This document shows positions 26,060 through 38,181 of a DNA stretch of 64,000 bases, one piece after another. The translations under genes were made by a program, and so were the position numbers. Positions within the stretch are counted from its first letter, which is position 1. Every line of letters begins with the position of its first letter. The notes beneath the pieces were generated by a model. That model saw only the letters and a program-made list of their open reading frames with translations. It was not told the DNA's origin and ran no database searches. The DNA comes from Octopus sinensis (lineage: Eukaryota): positions 85,498,001-85,562,000 of the forward strand of contig NC_043000.1 in assembly GCF_006345805.1 (NCBI RefSeq). The letters are read 5' to 3'.

Positions 26060-26858
26060 CTAAGATTATAATCCAAATAACTTACATCTCTTTTTTGAAA
26101 GAATAGGAAATGTAGGATTAAAGAAAGTAATGTTAATTATAAAAAGTTTTTTTTTTATTATCAACATACAGTTTTAGAGAAGCAATTGAAAAACAGTGTA
26201 AAATGACTTTCCAGAATAAGAATTCAAATAAAAGATGATGCAAGATGAAGATGAGGTGAATCCAGAGAGGTTTCTTTATTTTTCTAATGGTCAGAAACAT
26301 TAGATGAGAATTGAGTTAACAAAAGTAGTGTGATACGCTTAGTATTTAAGTAAAAAATTTAACCCCATTTATAGATGTTCTGATCTAGAGAAGAAACAGT
26401 TTCATAAATGTGGAGAAGAATCCTGTAGCAGGGATTTCAATGACAAGGTAGGGTTTCATTGGAAAGAATAAATCTATAGCTATAATAAAATAATGTAGAA
26501 GAGCTGAACTCATAGAACTCTGTGATGTGAAAGAATTTGTCAGCCAGTCAACTGATCATTTATCAGTCAAATGGAATAGAGAATCACCTCAACTTTATCT
26601 TAATCAAAAAGACTAGAAGCAGATTGCATTATTGGAAAAGAAGGAGTACACATTCCATTGACATAAATCAGTGGATTATAAATTCAGGAAATATTATAGC
26701 ATTTAAAATTTTGTACATAGTGTTTAATTGCAGTTTGGAAATTATATGAGGTTGAATATTACACTAATTTAAAAAAGATAAAATATAAGTAATATTTTTT
26801 TTTTACATTGAATAAGAAAACCAATGTTATAAAACTAAGCAAATGTAATAAATATTAC

Positions 26859-26964
26859 CATTTATAACTTCCCATAATTTTATTTTTCTATCAGAACCAC
26901 CAGTAGCAAATTGGGTACCGGTATTATTCCACTTAACAGCAAAGACTTCACTTTCATGGGCATC
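26859..26964 (-). CDS. ATG16L1: ATG16L1 WD40 exon
   Basis: DAHESEVFAVKWNNTGTQFATGGSDRKIKLWEVIN (human DAHDGEVNAVQF...ATGGMDRRVKLWEV); AG/GT boundaries. Confidence 0.95.
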
Positions 26965-28397
26965 CTGTTATAGAAAAGAGAAATTGAATAAATAAACCAT
27001 TTACTTGAATATAAATCATTTCTATTTACCTTAACATACAATATTAACAAACAAGTTTACTTCTACAATCAGTAGACCATAACTCAGTATCCAAGAATCC
27101 AACACCATGTCTTTTATATCTCACAGTATTTGTTATATACCATCATATATCTACAAGATAAATCTTTTTTATAACAAAACCTGAACATTTTCAATAAGAA
27201 AATGTTTTAGGCATGTATGTAATGAAAATATGAACTCCATACTATATTCGAATATTAATACAAGTAAACATATTTGTAGATCAAACTTGTAGAAATCAAA
27301 CACCTAGACTATTTTGAAACAATTGAAAGATTTAACCTTTTAGCATTTAAACTGACCATATCTGGCCTCTCACATCTTTCCTATAATTTCATTCTAAAAT
27401 AATTGCATCATTGAAATTTTAAAGCTATGAAATAATGTATGATTAATTCAAAGCAATGTGACTAAACAAACATATTTGACTGAGTTATCTGAATATTATA
27501 GGGTTAATAATAAAAGAAAGAATTATTGCTTTATTTCTTAATTTGTTTTAAATGTTTATTAGTGTATTTAATTTTTAATTAATTCATTTGTATTATAAAA
27601 ATGCTATCAAAAATAAGAAAAGTATGATTTTAAAAAAGGCCCAATACAATTTAAGTATTCAGAGCTTTTCAAATGGATTTTCCTGGTTTAGTTTTAATAA
27701 AATAGTGGTTAGAGGTATTCAAAACAAATAATTAAAGTCTTCAATACATATGCTTAAAATGTATTAATCTCTTTAAGAAGAAAGAATACAATTCATGCAT
27801 TATTACAAAATTTAACCCTTTTGATACCAACCTGCCTGAAATCACCTTTGTTTCTGTGATACAAATTTCCTACTTTAAAGTGATCTAAATTAAAATCGTT
27901 TATCAAAAGTTTATGTTAATTTATGTTTCATACACCAGCTTAATAAAGATAGTAGTTTTACTAAATTCTTCATGATTTCCAAAATTAATTGAAAAGTGAA
28001 ACAAAAACAATGTATTTCAGCAGGAAGGGAAAATTTATGAGACATTATTGATAAGAGTTTAAGAAATTAGTACTTTATTTGTTATTGAGTTATGGTATTT
28101 TATCTCTTGGCATAATACATAACAGTATGTCTCATTAATTCTGAGCACTATATCCTTTCATTTATAATTTTACACACTGGGTGACAGTAACAGAGTAAAA
28201 TGAAGTTTCCAGTAGTTTCAGTAGATGACAGAGAAATAAATCTTAAAATTCTCTCTAATTGCACACACTAATGTACAATAACTGTTTAATATTCAAATAA
28301 TTAGCAGCATTATTGACTCTACTGATGAAGGGTGGAGATGTACAGTAGTTGCACCATCACTTTTCCAAGAAACATATGATCCATATTATTGTCCAAC

Positions 28398-29585
28398 AGT
28401 TGACATAGAGAAAGCCTTTGACAGGGTCCCCTGATCCCATATCTGGCAGTCAATGTGGAAACTAAGAATAGACGAGTGGTTGGTGAGAGCTGTGCAAGCC
28501 ATGTACAGGGATGCTGTCTGTAAGGTGAGGGTTGGCAACGAGTATACTGAAGAATTCAGGGTACAAGTAAGGGTTCACCAAGAATCAGTCCGCAGTCCCA
28601 AATTGTTCATCATAGTCCTCCTTGCATTAACAGAGGAATTCAAGACAGATTGCCTCTGAGAGCTCCTCTATGCTGATGACCTTGTTCTTATAGCTGAATC
28701 ACTACCAGAACTAGTGAAGAAGTTTCAGGTGTGGAAGCAAGGTCTAGAATTGAAAGGCCTTAAAGTTAACCTAGCAGAAAACAAAGTCTTAAGTAGGAAA
28801 GCAGACAAATAACAAATCCCTTCAGGTAGAAACTCTATAAGATGTACCCAGTGTAAGCTATGGATACATAAGAGGTGCAGCAATATCAGAGGAAGGTTAA
28901 CAGGGAAAATAGTTTTTGTGTGTGGAAGGTGCACAGGTACAATTAACACTAAAAATGTACAGAAAATAGATTCCATCACATGCCAGGAGAGAAAACTAGA
29001 AGTGGTTGATAGCTTCTGTAATTTAGGTGATCAAGTCAGTAGCTGCTAGAATAAGAATAGGTAGGGAAAAGTTCAGAGAGCTACCATCTCTGCTGGTAAC
29101 AAAGGACCCTCTCATTCATAGTGAAAGGCAGACTGTATGATCCTGTATGTGAACAGCCATGTTACATGGCAGTAAAACATGGGCTGTGACTGCTGAGGAC
29201 ATGCGCAGGCTTGTAAGAAATGAAACTAGTACACTTTGCTGGATGTGTAATGTCAGTGTGCATGCATGACAGAGTATAAGTAGCCTGAGAGGAAAGTTGG
29301 GCATAGGTGACCAAGACCTTTGGCGATATACTGTGTAGACCTATCAAGACAAGTGAGACCGTAGTCATGGCTGATGCTGGTGTCAGGTCAATAGCACCTG
29401 TGCTGGTGGCACATAAAAAAACAATCACTACACTCTCAGAGTGGTTGGCATTAAGAAGGGTATCCAGCCATAGAAACCTTGTCAAATCAGATTGAAACCT
29501 GGTGCAGCTCCCCGGCTTACCAGTTTTCAGTCACACCATCCAACCCATACCAGCATGGAAAATGGATGTTAAATGATGATAATGA
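28398..29585 (+). mobile_element. RTE-clade LINE remnant, same family as 310-1550
   Basis: DIEKAFDRV, AVQAMYRDA, LLYADDL and WKQGLE..GLKVN, followed by the same 3' tail. Confidence 0.85.
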
Positions 29586-29882
29586 ATATGGATCGCAGTA
29601 TTACTGAATATGGATGTTTATTTCAGTGCATGTAACCTAATTTGATTAGTTTTTCTTGCGAACACAATAAGGTGTTTTTACATTAATATCTGTAATACTC
29701 AGAAATATGAATAGTACCCAACTTTTTTTGAGTTCCTTATGAAGATTGTTATACTAAACTTAAACTTCATTGCATCTATGAAATACTGAAAATTGTGTGT
29801 TCAACTAGTCTATTAAATCATCTTGTCTAGTTTCTATACAGTAGACAGGAAGTGAAAGTGACGATATGTTTATTTACACACA

Positions 29883-29919
29883 CATATATATATATATATA
29901 TATTTACACACACACACAC

Positions 29920-29988
<69 letters not shown>
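29883..29988. repeat. (TA)n/(CA)n microsatellite; other long (TA)n tracts at ~12439-12476, ~38137-38190 and ~54003-54050
   Basis: Read directly. Confidence 0.9.
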
Positions 29989-29989
<1 letters not shown>

Positions 29990-31429
29990 TTTATTTAAAA
30001 GCAGCAGAAATATAACAAAAGCTGTTACTCAGAGTTCCACATTCCCGTTTAGACAGTTTTGTTAAAATAGAACAGAAAAAAAATAGAATGGTTGAATGAC
30101 CAAATCCAAGTACTCTTTTTTCCACCTTGTTTCACATTTATGTGTTTACTCCGGTGTAGATATATATATATATACATATATATATATACACACACACACA
30201 CATATAAATTTGACATGGGTGATTCTTTCTTGTCTTGGGATTCATGGTAAAATGGCTGGGTGGAATTGCGCGAAAAATTACACAGATGTGTAGAATGATC
30301 CAGTGGTGATGCTGGGCTTTGTATTTTATCATAGCTTCCATGGTTACTGAGATAATCTACTATAATAATACTCTTGTATCTATGAATGAGAAAGGAAGGG
30401 GTGATGTCATATTTTTTCATAGCTCCCATGGTTACTGAGATAATCTACCAATAATAATACTAATAATACTCTTGTATTTATGAATGAGAAAGGAAGGGGT
30501 GATAGATGAATAGGAATTTATCTATTATTTGTTTTCTACTATAGACCTGAAGTGACCAGAGCCTTACATGACTGCTATTACTTCTTGAGGTGTACTGTAT
30601 GTAAGAATTTATTCCATTTTGCTTCATTGAGCAGTATCAAGTCTATAAACAGTAAAATTGTTTATCGATTTTTCAACCCTGACTCTCTCAATGATTCTTC
30701 TCACTGTTAAGATCTGTCAGCAGTAGACTCGTTTTTCCTGACCCCTGCTCCTTTTTTTATTGTTGGACTTTCTCAAAAACTGGCAGGCTGTATATGATTC
30801 AGTGACAATCTGCTGACATTTCCACTGCAACCACTCTATGGGGAATTCCCTCAGTAATTTTTTGCCAGGTTCTATTCAGTGGCAGTGTAGAGACAAACAC
30901 AAAACATTGTAAAAGCAGTCACAAAATCATTTCCTATATCTCACAAAAATCTGTTGAGGTAGCAAAACTAAATTTTGAAGATCAAAATTTTATCTACTAT
31001 GTTAAATACTGATGCAGTTATAAACCTAAACTTTAAGCATGAAAAACAAACTAAATAGATAAGCAATACACCACTTCTCTCAATCAAACATTAAATGACA
31101 GGGTTTAATATGACCTGCACAGCAAACTGAAATGATTCAGAGATGAGCTGATGAATATCGAACAAAATTTGAAATCATGATCTTCCAGTTGCTGATCATG
31201 TGCTCTTAACTGAGAGTAAATATGTTTACATGTTACAGATATAGACAAAGTATAATGAGCTTGTGTATGTACCAATGGCATAGTTAGTACTGCTGAAGCA
31301 GACCTTAAGTTTACCACCCACCAAAAAGCACAACACATCTCAAATGTAAACAAAATACAACAATGTAGAGAGAAAAATATGTGAAAGAAATTAGAGTACT
31401 CTGATCATTTTTCAAGAGTGAAAAAAAAA

Positions 31430-31690
31430 AAGAATCAAATTGCATCTGGTCTATGCTATTCATCTTCCTAAGTAATTGAACTCCTGTAACTTTCATGACC
31501 TGGTCCAGCAACTTGATACCTCTGTAATTACCTCTTCTCTAATGTCTCATCTTTTCTCATGTAACTGTTGAATATAATGCTGCAACACCAGTCTCTGGGT
31601 ATGATGTCTTCCTGGTGGGTCCACACTGAGAAGAACCTCTCTCTCTCTCTCATGCCATTTCCACATTTAATAGCGTTTCATAGTAGCACT
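31430..31690 (-). mobile_element. Short RTE LINE fragment
   Basis: Minus strand reads NYRGIKLLDQVMKV...DQMQF. Confidence 0.65.
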
Positions 31691-32497
31691 TCCATACCTC
31701 CTTCCTTTCAGAATCACCAAGCGTAAATGTACCATTAGCTATATGTACACACTTCTCACCCCCAACATCTTGATTTTCTCTGATACATTGTCTTATAATC
31801 TGGAACACCTCATAGCTCTGATCCTTCAGTTTCTCCCTTTACTAAATAACAGTTGTTTAGCTTTCCTTCTAGCTACTTGCTGCCCCCATTCATGCAAGCT
31901 TTGGCTCAGTCTAACTCACTGCTCCACTACGACATCACTTTCAGTCTGGCTGGAACTTTGCACCAACTACAGATTTAGTCTGCAACAGATTGCCCCATAG
32001 GAACTTCTAATTGTTCTCTATGCCATACACCTCTATTTCCTCCCACACTTGCATCTGAAGCTTCAACAAGTACATCTCTAAATTTCTGACTGTTCAATGA
32101 AACTTCAAGCTTCCATATCTTTCTCTTTCAAAATGGTTTGTGTCTCAAAGTCCTTCTAAGTCTCAGTCTGAAGTCACTAACCCCTAACCTATGTGAGGTT
32201 TTATATACTTCACTAGTGAAGGTCTCTGCATTCACAACAGTTTGTCTATCCAATTTCTTGGAAAGAAAGTCATTTGGCAGAATATGATCATCATATATAT
32301 GTATTTACATCCATGGAAAGCACTAAAATTTTTTAAATGATGACATTTGTTGACGTTCCCTACAAACAAACCATCTTTCAAAGATACCTGGAAATAAAGA
32401 GATGTTAGCAACAGGAAAGGCATATGGTGGTAAAACAATGTCTCAATAAGTATATGTGTGAACCCATGCTAGCAAGGAAAAAAAAAGATGCAAAAAT

Positions 32498-32529
<32 letters not shown>

Positions 32530-33509
32530 TATTTAAGACCATAGCTGTCACTAACTGTTTTAAGTGATGATGCAGCCTCTCTCTCACACTCACACACACA
32601 AATAAATGAAGATAATATTACCTTTGGATTACAAGAGAACTAGTCAGACTTTCATGTACAATGTAGGCCTTAAACTAATTTGAATTATAAATCTGTGTTG
32701 TTTATTCTAACATAGATGTGTCTGAAAATTTTAGACAGGGGTTTTCCAAATTTGTAATTCAAACTGTTGGCAAGCTTATACTGAACATGAAATTCTAAAT
32801 AGTGTATGTGTAAACCACAGACAATGTTCTTATATATTCTACTCTAGACTGCACTGAGTGATCTCACTTTTGTTTACAATACATACACACGTGTATATTT
32901 CCCATTGAAGAAGGCTAAAGAGCCAGAAACACGCATCTGGGAATCTGCTAGAGGGAAGCACTGGGCAGATACAGTGTTTTTACCCCTTTTACCATAAGAG
33001 AGAATATTTTCTCCACAGTAACTGAAGTGAATTTGCCTTTAGAAGTTAAAAATGTGTCACAATCATATCTTATTTCTTTACTGCCTACAAGGGGCTACAC
33101 ACAGAGGGGACAAACAAGGACAGACAAATGGACTAATTCAATTATATCAACCCCAGTGTGTAACTGGTACTTATTTAATCGACCCCGAAAGGATGAATCA
33201 TACCTTATTTAACCTAAAGTTTGTTTATTCCCAATCACTGCTAGGTGCCAGTGTTTTTAACCCGACCAGGCGGTCCACTAGCACAACTCATTCACTGATG
33301 TCGACTTTTTATTAGTTAAAGATAGTTTTAAATCTGCCCATGGTTATCTCCCTTTGGTATTTCCCACTGAGGAAGGGTAAAGTGCCAGAAACGCACATCA
33401 GAGAATCTACTGGAAGGAAGCACTGAGCAGATATGGCATTTTTACACCTTTTACCATAAAAGAGGAGTTAAACTATGTCACAAACATATTCTAACTAACC
33501 TAAAGTCCA

Positions 33510-33578
<69 letters not shown>

Positions 33579-33925
33579 TTGGGGGGTTAAAATGAAGGAC
33601 AAATTAATAAGTGAATATAGTTTATTTGTTTAAAACACTTACCTGTTTCTCACAATAAGCTTGTTTTTTACTTGAAGGCATATATACTAAGAAACTAAGT
33701 ATTGATGAATCATCAACTTTGGGTAATTACACGCACATACAAAAACAGCCACACACATACACACTTTCATAACTCACTGCTCAACTACCACATCACTTTC
33801 AGTCTGGCGGGAACTTTGCACCAACTATAGATTTAGTCTGCAACAGACTGCCCTATAAGGACTTCTAGTTGTTCTTTATGCCATACACCTCTATTTCCTC
33901 CAACACTTTCATCAGAAGCTTCAAT

Positions 33926-34330
33926 AGGCGTAGGAGTGGCTGTGTGGTAAGTAGCTTGCTTACCAACCACATGGTTCCAGGTTCAGTCCCACTGCATGGC
34001 ACCTTGGGCAAGTGTCTTCTACTATAGCCTCAGGCCAACCAAAGCTTTGTGTGTATATTTGGTAGATGGAAATTGAAAGAAGCCCATCGTATATATGTAT
34101 ATATATATATATGTATGTGTGTATTTGTGTGTCTGTGTGTCTATGTTTGTCCCCCCCAACATCACTTGACAACCGATGGTGGTGTGTTTACATCCCCATA
34201 ACTTAGCGGTTCAGCAAAAGAGACTATAAATACTAGGCTTACAAAGAATAAGTCCTGGGGTTGATTTGCTTGATTAAAGGCAGTGCTCCAGCATGGCCAG
34301 AGTCAAATGACTGAAACAGGTAAAAGAGTA
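33926..34330 (+). mobile_element. tRNA-derived SINE; family also at ~37972-38425 (+) and ~9630-9965, ~12510-12650, ~55250-55410 (-)
   Basis: A-box-like TGGCTGTGTGG, B-box-like GGTTCAGTCCC, central (TA)n/(TG)n tract, GTAAAAGA tail. Confidence 0.8.
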
Positions 34331-34609
34331 AGTACTTCTCTAAATTTCTGACTGTTCAATGTATATAAAAACATTTGTATTTATCAAGAACTTCACAACA
34401 GTTACTTTCCACCAATCTTGTATATAAAAACATTTGTATTTTTCAAGAACTTCACAACAGAATACACTCAATTCCTCTTAATTTAACTATTATTAAAGGA
34501 TCAATTTTTAAAATTATTAGAAGCTCCAAGACTGATGAATTGCAAAATCTATTTGTTTACCATATTCCTTTTACAAATTTAGTGAAACAAATGATACATG
34601 TTCTTTATT

Positions 34610-34850
34610 AGATGGGAAAATGAAAGTAAATCTTCATATTTCAACCTAAGTACCAGTGGCATCAACCAGTTTCCTGAAATGGCCAGGGATGGATTGAACA
34701 ACCTTCTGAAGGATGTCGTCTGGGATATCTTTGAGAACCTCTTGAATCTGTGTCTCCAAGTCCCGCAGTGTGTGAGATTTTGTCTTGTACACCTCTTTTG
34801 TGTAACTCCACAGGTAAAAATTACATGGAATTAATCACATGGTAAAAATC
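34610..34850 (-). mobile_element. Tc1/mariner-superfamily transposase C-terminal remnant
   Basis: IPCNFYLWSYTKEVYKTKSHTLRDLETQIQEVLKDIP resembles PCDFFLWGYLK.KVY...P.TL..L. Confidence 0.75.
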
Positions 34851-34984
34851 ACATTGAATAACGGTCCAAGTCAACAACTATTGAAAAGGTTGCAAGACGC
34901 AACAAAAATTTTAGAAAAATAAATATGCAAATGAGTGGAAATTTTACCAGTGAGTGTATTAAATTATAAGGCACTAAAAGAGAA

Positions 34985-35430
34985 TGACTCTCGACCTTGT
35001 GTGTACCGTTGGCGATTTTTTTTCCCTCTGTCTTCTCTTCTCTGGATCTTTCCTTCTCCTATGTTTCCGACGAAGAGCTCCGCTCGAAACGTTAAACCCT
35101 CCTTCTTCCCTTCTTTCCTGAGCGTCCAATAATACTATATTTGTTCCACGTCCTCGCGTTGTTGTGTTTTTTTGTGTTTTCTTGTTTGGATTAACTATAT
35201 ATATATATAGTTTTCAGTATGTGACCTCGTGAAGACCACTTGCATTTTTTTTCCCTCTGTCCTCCCACCTCGGGATCTTTCTTTCTCCTTTGTTTCCGAC
35301 GAAGAGCTCCGCTCGAAACGTCATACCCTCCTTCTTCCCTTCTTTCCTGAGCGCCCAATAATACTTTATTTGTTCCACATCCTCGCGTTGTTGTCTTTTT
35401 GTTTTCTTGTTTGGATTAACTTTAGATATA
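34985..35430 (+). repeat. Tandem dimer of ~229-bp units, each with a hammerhead-like core (PLE pseudo-LTR or retrozyme-like)
   Basis: GTTTCCGACGAAGAGCTCCGCTCGAAACGT at 35063 and at 35292; units separated by (TA)n. Confidence 0.75.
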
Positions 35431-35939
35431 TATATATATATACGGAGAGAGAGAAAGAGAGAGAGACACATATACATACATGCATACACATATGATCACT
35501 AAAATGAAACATCCAGACATGACAATAATTCAGAATTTAAGCCTATTTCATTAACAAGTATTCTTAACTCTTTAGCATTTAGACTGACCATATCCAGCTA
35601 AAATATTCTATTTGTTTTATTTTCAAACTGGCCAAATGTATACTAAGAAACTAAGTATTGATGAATCATCAGCTTTGTGTATATACATGCACATATAGTC
35701 AGTCATAGTCGCACACACACACCTTCATAACCATGAACAATTATATATAAAAACATTTACATTACCCTACAATGTCATGCTAAAAGTAAACAATCCCACC
35801 ATCGAAACTTCAAAACTACAAGATAATGCATAATTAATTCAAAACAATGTGAATAAATAAGCTTTACATTTGACAGACTAATCCGAATGCTAAAGCGTTA
35901 AGCTCAAATAAATAATTAAAACTAATATAAGAGGAAATA

Positions 35940-36215
35940 CTAAACTACAGTACCATATTTTCTCATGTCAAATGAGCAAGTTTATAATCAATCAATCATT
36001 CACTTAAGAACTATTTAACAGAAAGATCACTTCTGATAACCAATACAAACACTCCAAAACCTAAACAAAGGGATATCCTACATTATTTACATTTGACGAA
36101 TATTTGTTCTCATCTTGTTTGTTGCTAACATGTTTCACCTGATATACCCTCCAGCTTTCATCAGGTGCCTTGGGGAAATTTCGAACCTGGGTTCTCATTC
36201 CTAAGGTATTTTTCG
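35940..36215 (-). mobile_element. Penelope-like terminal fragment with a degenerate hammerhead motif, next to an (ATT)n tract
   Basis: Minus strand CACCTGATGAAAGCTGGAGGGTATATCAGGTGAAACATGTT. Confidence 0.6.
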
Positions 36216-36221
36216 ATGATG

Positions 36222-36277
36222 ATGATGATATTATTATTATTATTATTATAATAGTTATTATTATTATTATAATAATA

Positions 36278-36310
<33 letters not shown>

Positions 36311-36343
36311 ATAATAGTTATTATTATTATTATTATAATAATA

Positions 36344-36382
<39 letters not shown>

Positions 36383-36395
36383 ATAGTTATTATAA
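36222..36395. repeat. Compound (ATT)n microsatellite with recurring ATAATAGTT interruptions
   Basis: Read directly; it produces the spurious poly-Ile ORF 36170-36403. Confidence 0.9.
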
Positions 36396-37099
36396 CCAGG
36401 TAAAAGGCATTTTACCTAGTAGGCATTCATATATGCAAGGCTACTATTGCATTTTATGCCCACACACAAGTAATTAAGGATAATCCACTCTTGTATAGCA
36501 GAAACAGTCATTAACCTCCCTGAAAATTAACTTATTTTATCAACTGTTGATTCAAATCACACAGTGCATATTTTGAGTGATATGAAAATCAATATTCTAG
36601 CCAAGAAAAAGTGTAAAAGTAATGAAAGGAAATAACTATACAAGAAATCCCTTGAAATCCAAACGGAATAAAAGTCAATCCAGAAGGAGTAAAAGTCATG
36701 TAATAGCTCAACTGAAAAATTTAAAACTATTTGAATATTACTAACTGTTGTTTTATATGAGAAAGATCAACACTCATTAGAGATGATATATATTATATTT
36801 TAACACCTCTAGAACAGTTAAAACTATCAGTTTATTGAACTTCCTCACACACCTAAGAACTGTATCCATTTGTATATTATTAACTATATATTTTCCATAC
36901 ATTTGTGATTAAAATTGTCGTAACTGACAGAGTGCCAGTAAAACAGTAACAGGAATCAATCATAAGTAACTTGATGTATGTCAATCACAAGTAACCAAGA
37001 CATTGTGCTGGATGAGAGTGAGGAAAGGTGGTGGTGGGTTTGAATAGCTACATTATATGGGCTGCCGTGCACAGTGAATGTGAGCAAGTGATAAAGAGA

Positions 37100-38138
37100 A
37101 ACTGGAGGCCTCAATTTGGTTATACAGGATCATGGTACCATCAATAATATTATAACATCTGAGCAAGCTATGGGAAATACGTAGAGAGCAGTTTCTAATT
37201 GATGAAAAGAAATAGTAAAGAACCATAGGAATTTAGCTGTAGTATTGTTGGACTATCAAAGAGTCTTTGAGAGAATATCACATACTGTGGGTGGTAGGTT
37301 TTCCAAAAATCACAATTATCCAAAAGTTTCAAAACCAATGGTAACTGCTAATTAGCACCTAACCAAGACTGGGCATATCACTTTACTTTTCAAAGGTAAG
37401 GACAATACAATCAAATATAACAATATACATTATCAAAAAGCAATCATCCTGTAAGATGATATCTTGTTAATACTGCTATTTGTCCTCTTGTTAAACCCTT
37501 TATCATACCTGTTCATTAACCAGTAAGCTTCCAGAAACATTTATCACTTTTCCTTTGTAGAGAACCTGAGGTTCTATGGATTACCCAATATTCCAAACAT
37601 CAGAATAAAATATATTGAATTTCTGTTTTTGGTAGTTAAACAAAGACAACTTGAACCCTACTAAACAAAACTGAATATGAACAGCTTTGTAATACAATCT
37701 ATACATTCAGGTGAGGGTTACAAGTATCTTCAATAGGATGACAGTACTGAGTACAAAGGAGACATCAAGGAGAGAGTAAGAAATGAATACCTCATCTTAT
37801 TACAGATACAACTATATTGTAAAGCTCCTGGAACAAAGATGAGTATAGATCTGTGATGTGTACAAGAGGTAAGATATAGGAGAACCTCAGTGAAACTCTT
37901 ATAGATAAGGATCATCATCATCATCATTTAATGTCCATACTGGCCAGTGGGAATTTTTTTTTTTTAATAGGCGTAAGAGTGGCTGTGTGTTAAGTAGCTT
38001 ACTTACTAACCACATGGTTCCAGGTTCAGTCCAACTGCGTGGCACCTTGGGCAAGTGTCTTCTACTATAGCCTCGGGCCAACCAAAGCCTTGTGAGTGGA
38101 TTTGGTAGACGGAAACTGAAAGAAGCCTGTCGTATATA

Positions 38139-38181
<43 letters not shown>

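Noticed and set aside
30329-30503. ~88-bp direct tandem duplication (similar ones at 34360-34460 and 14385-14520)
   Set aside because: Ordinary slippage-type duplications with no further structure seen.
36170-36403. Poly-Ile ORF (similar low-complexity ORFs at 40121-40560)
   Set aside because: Translations of microsatellites and of GGT/GAT-rich simple repeats.
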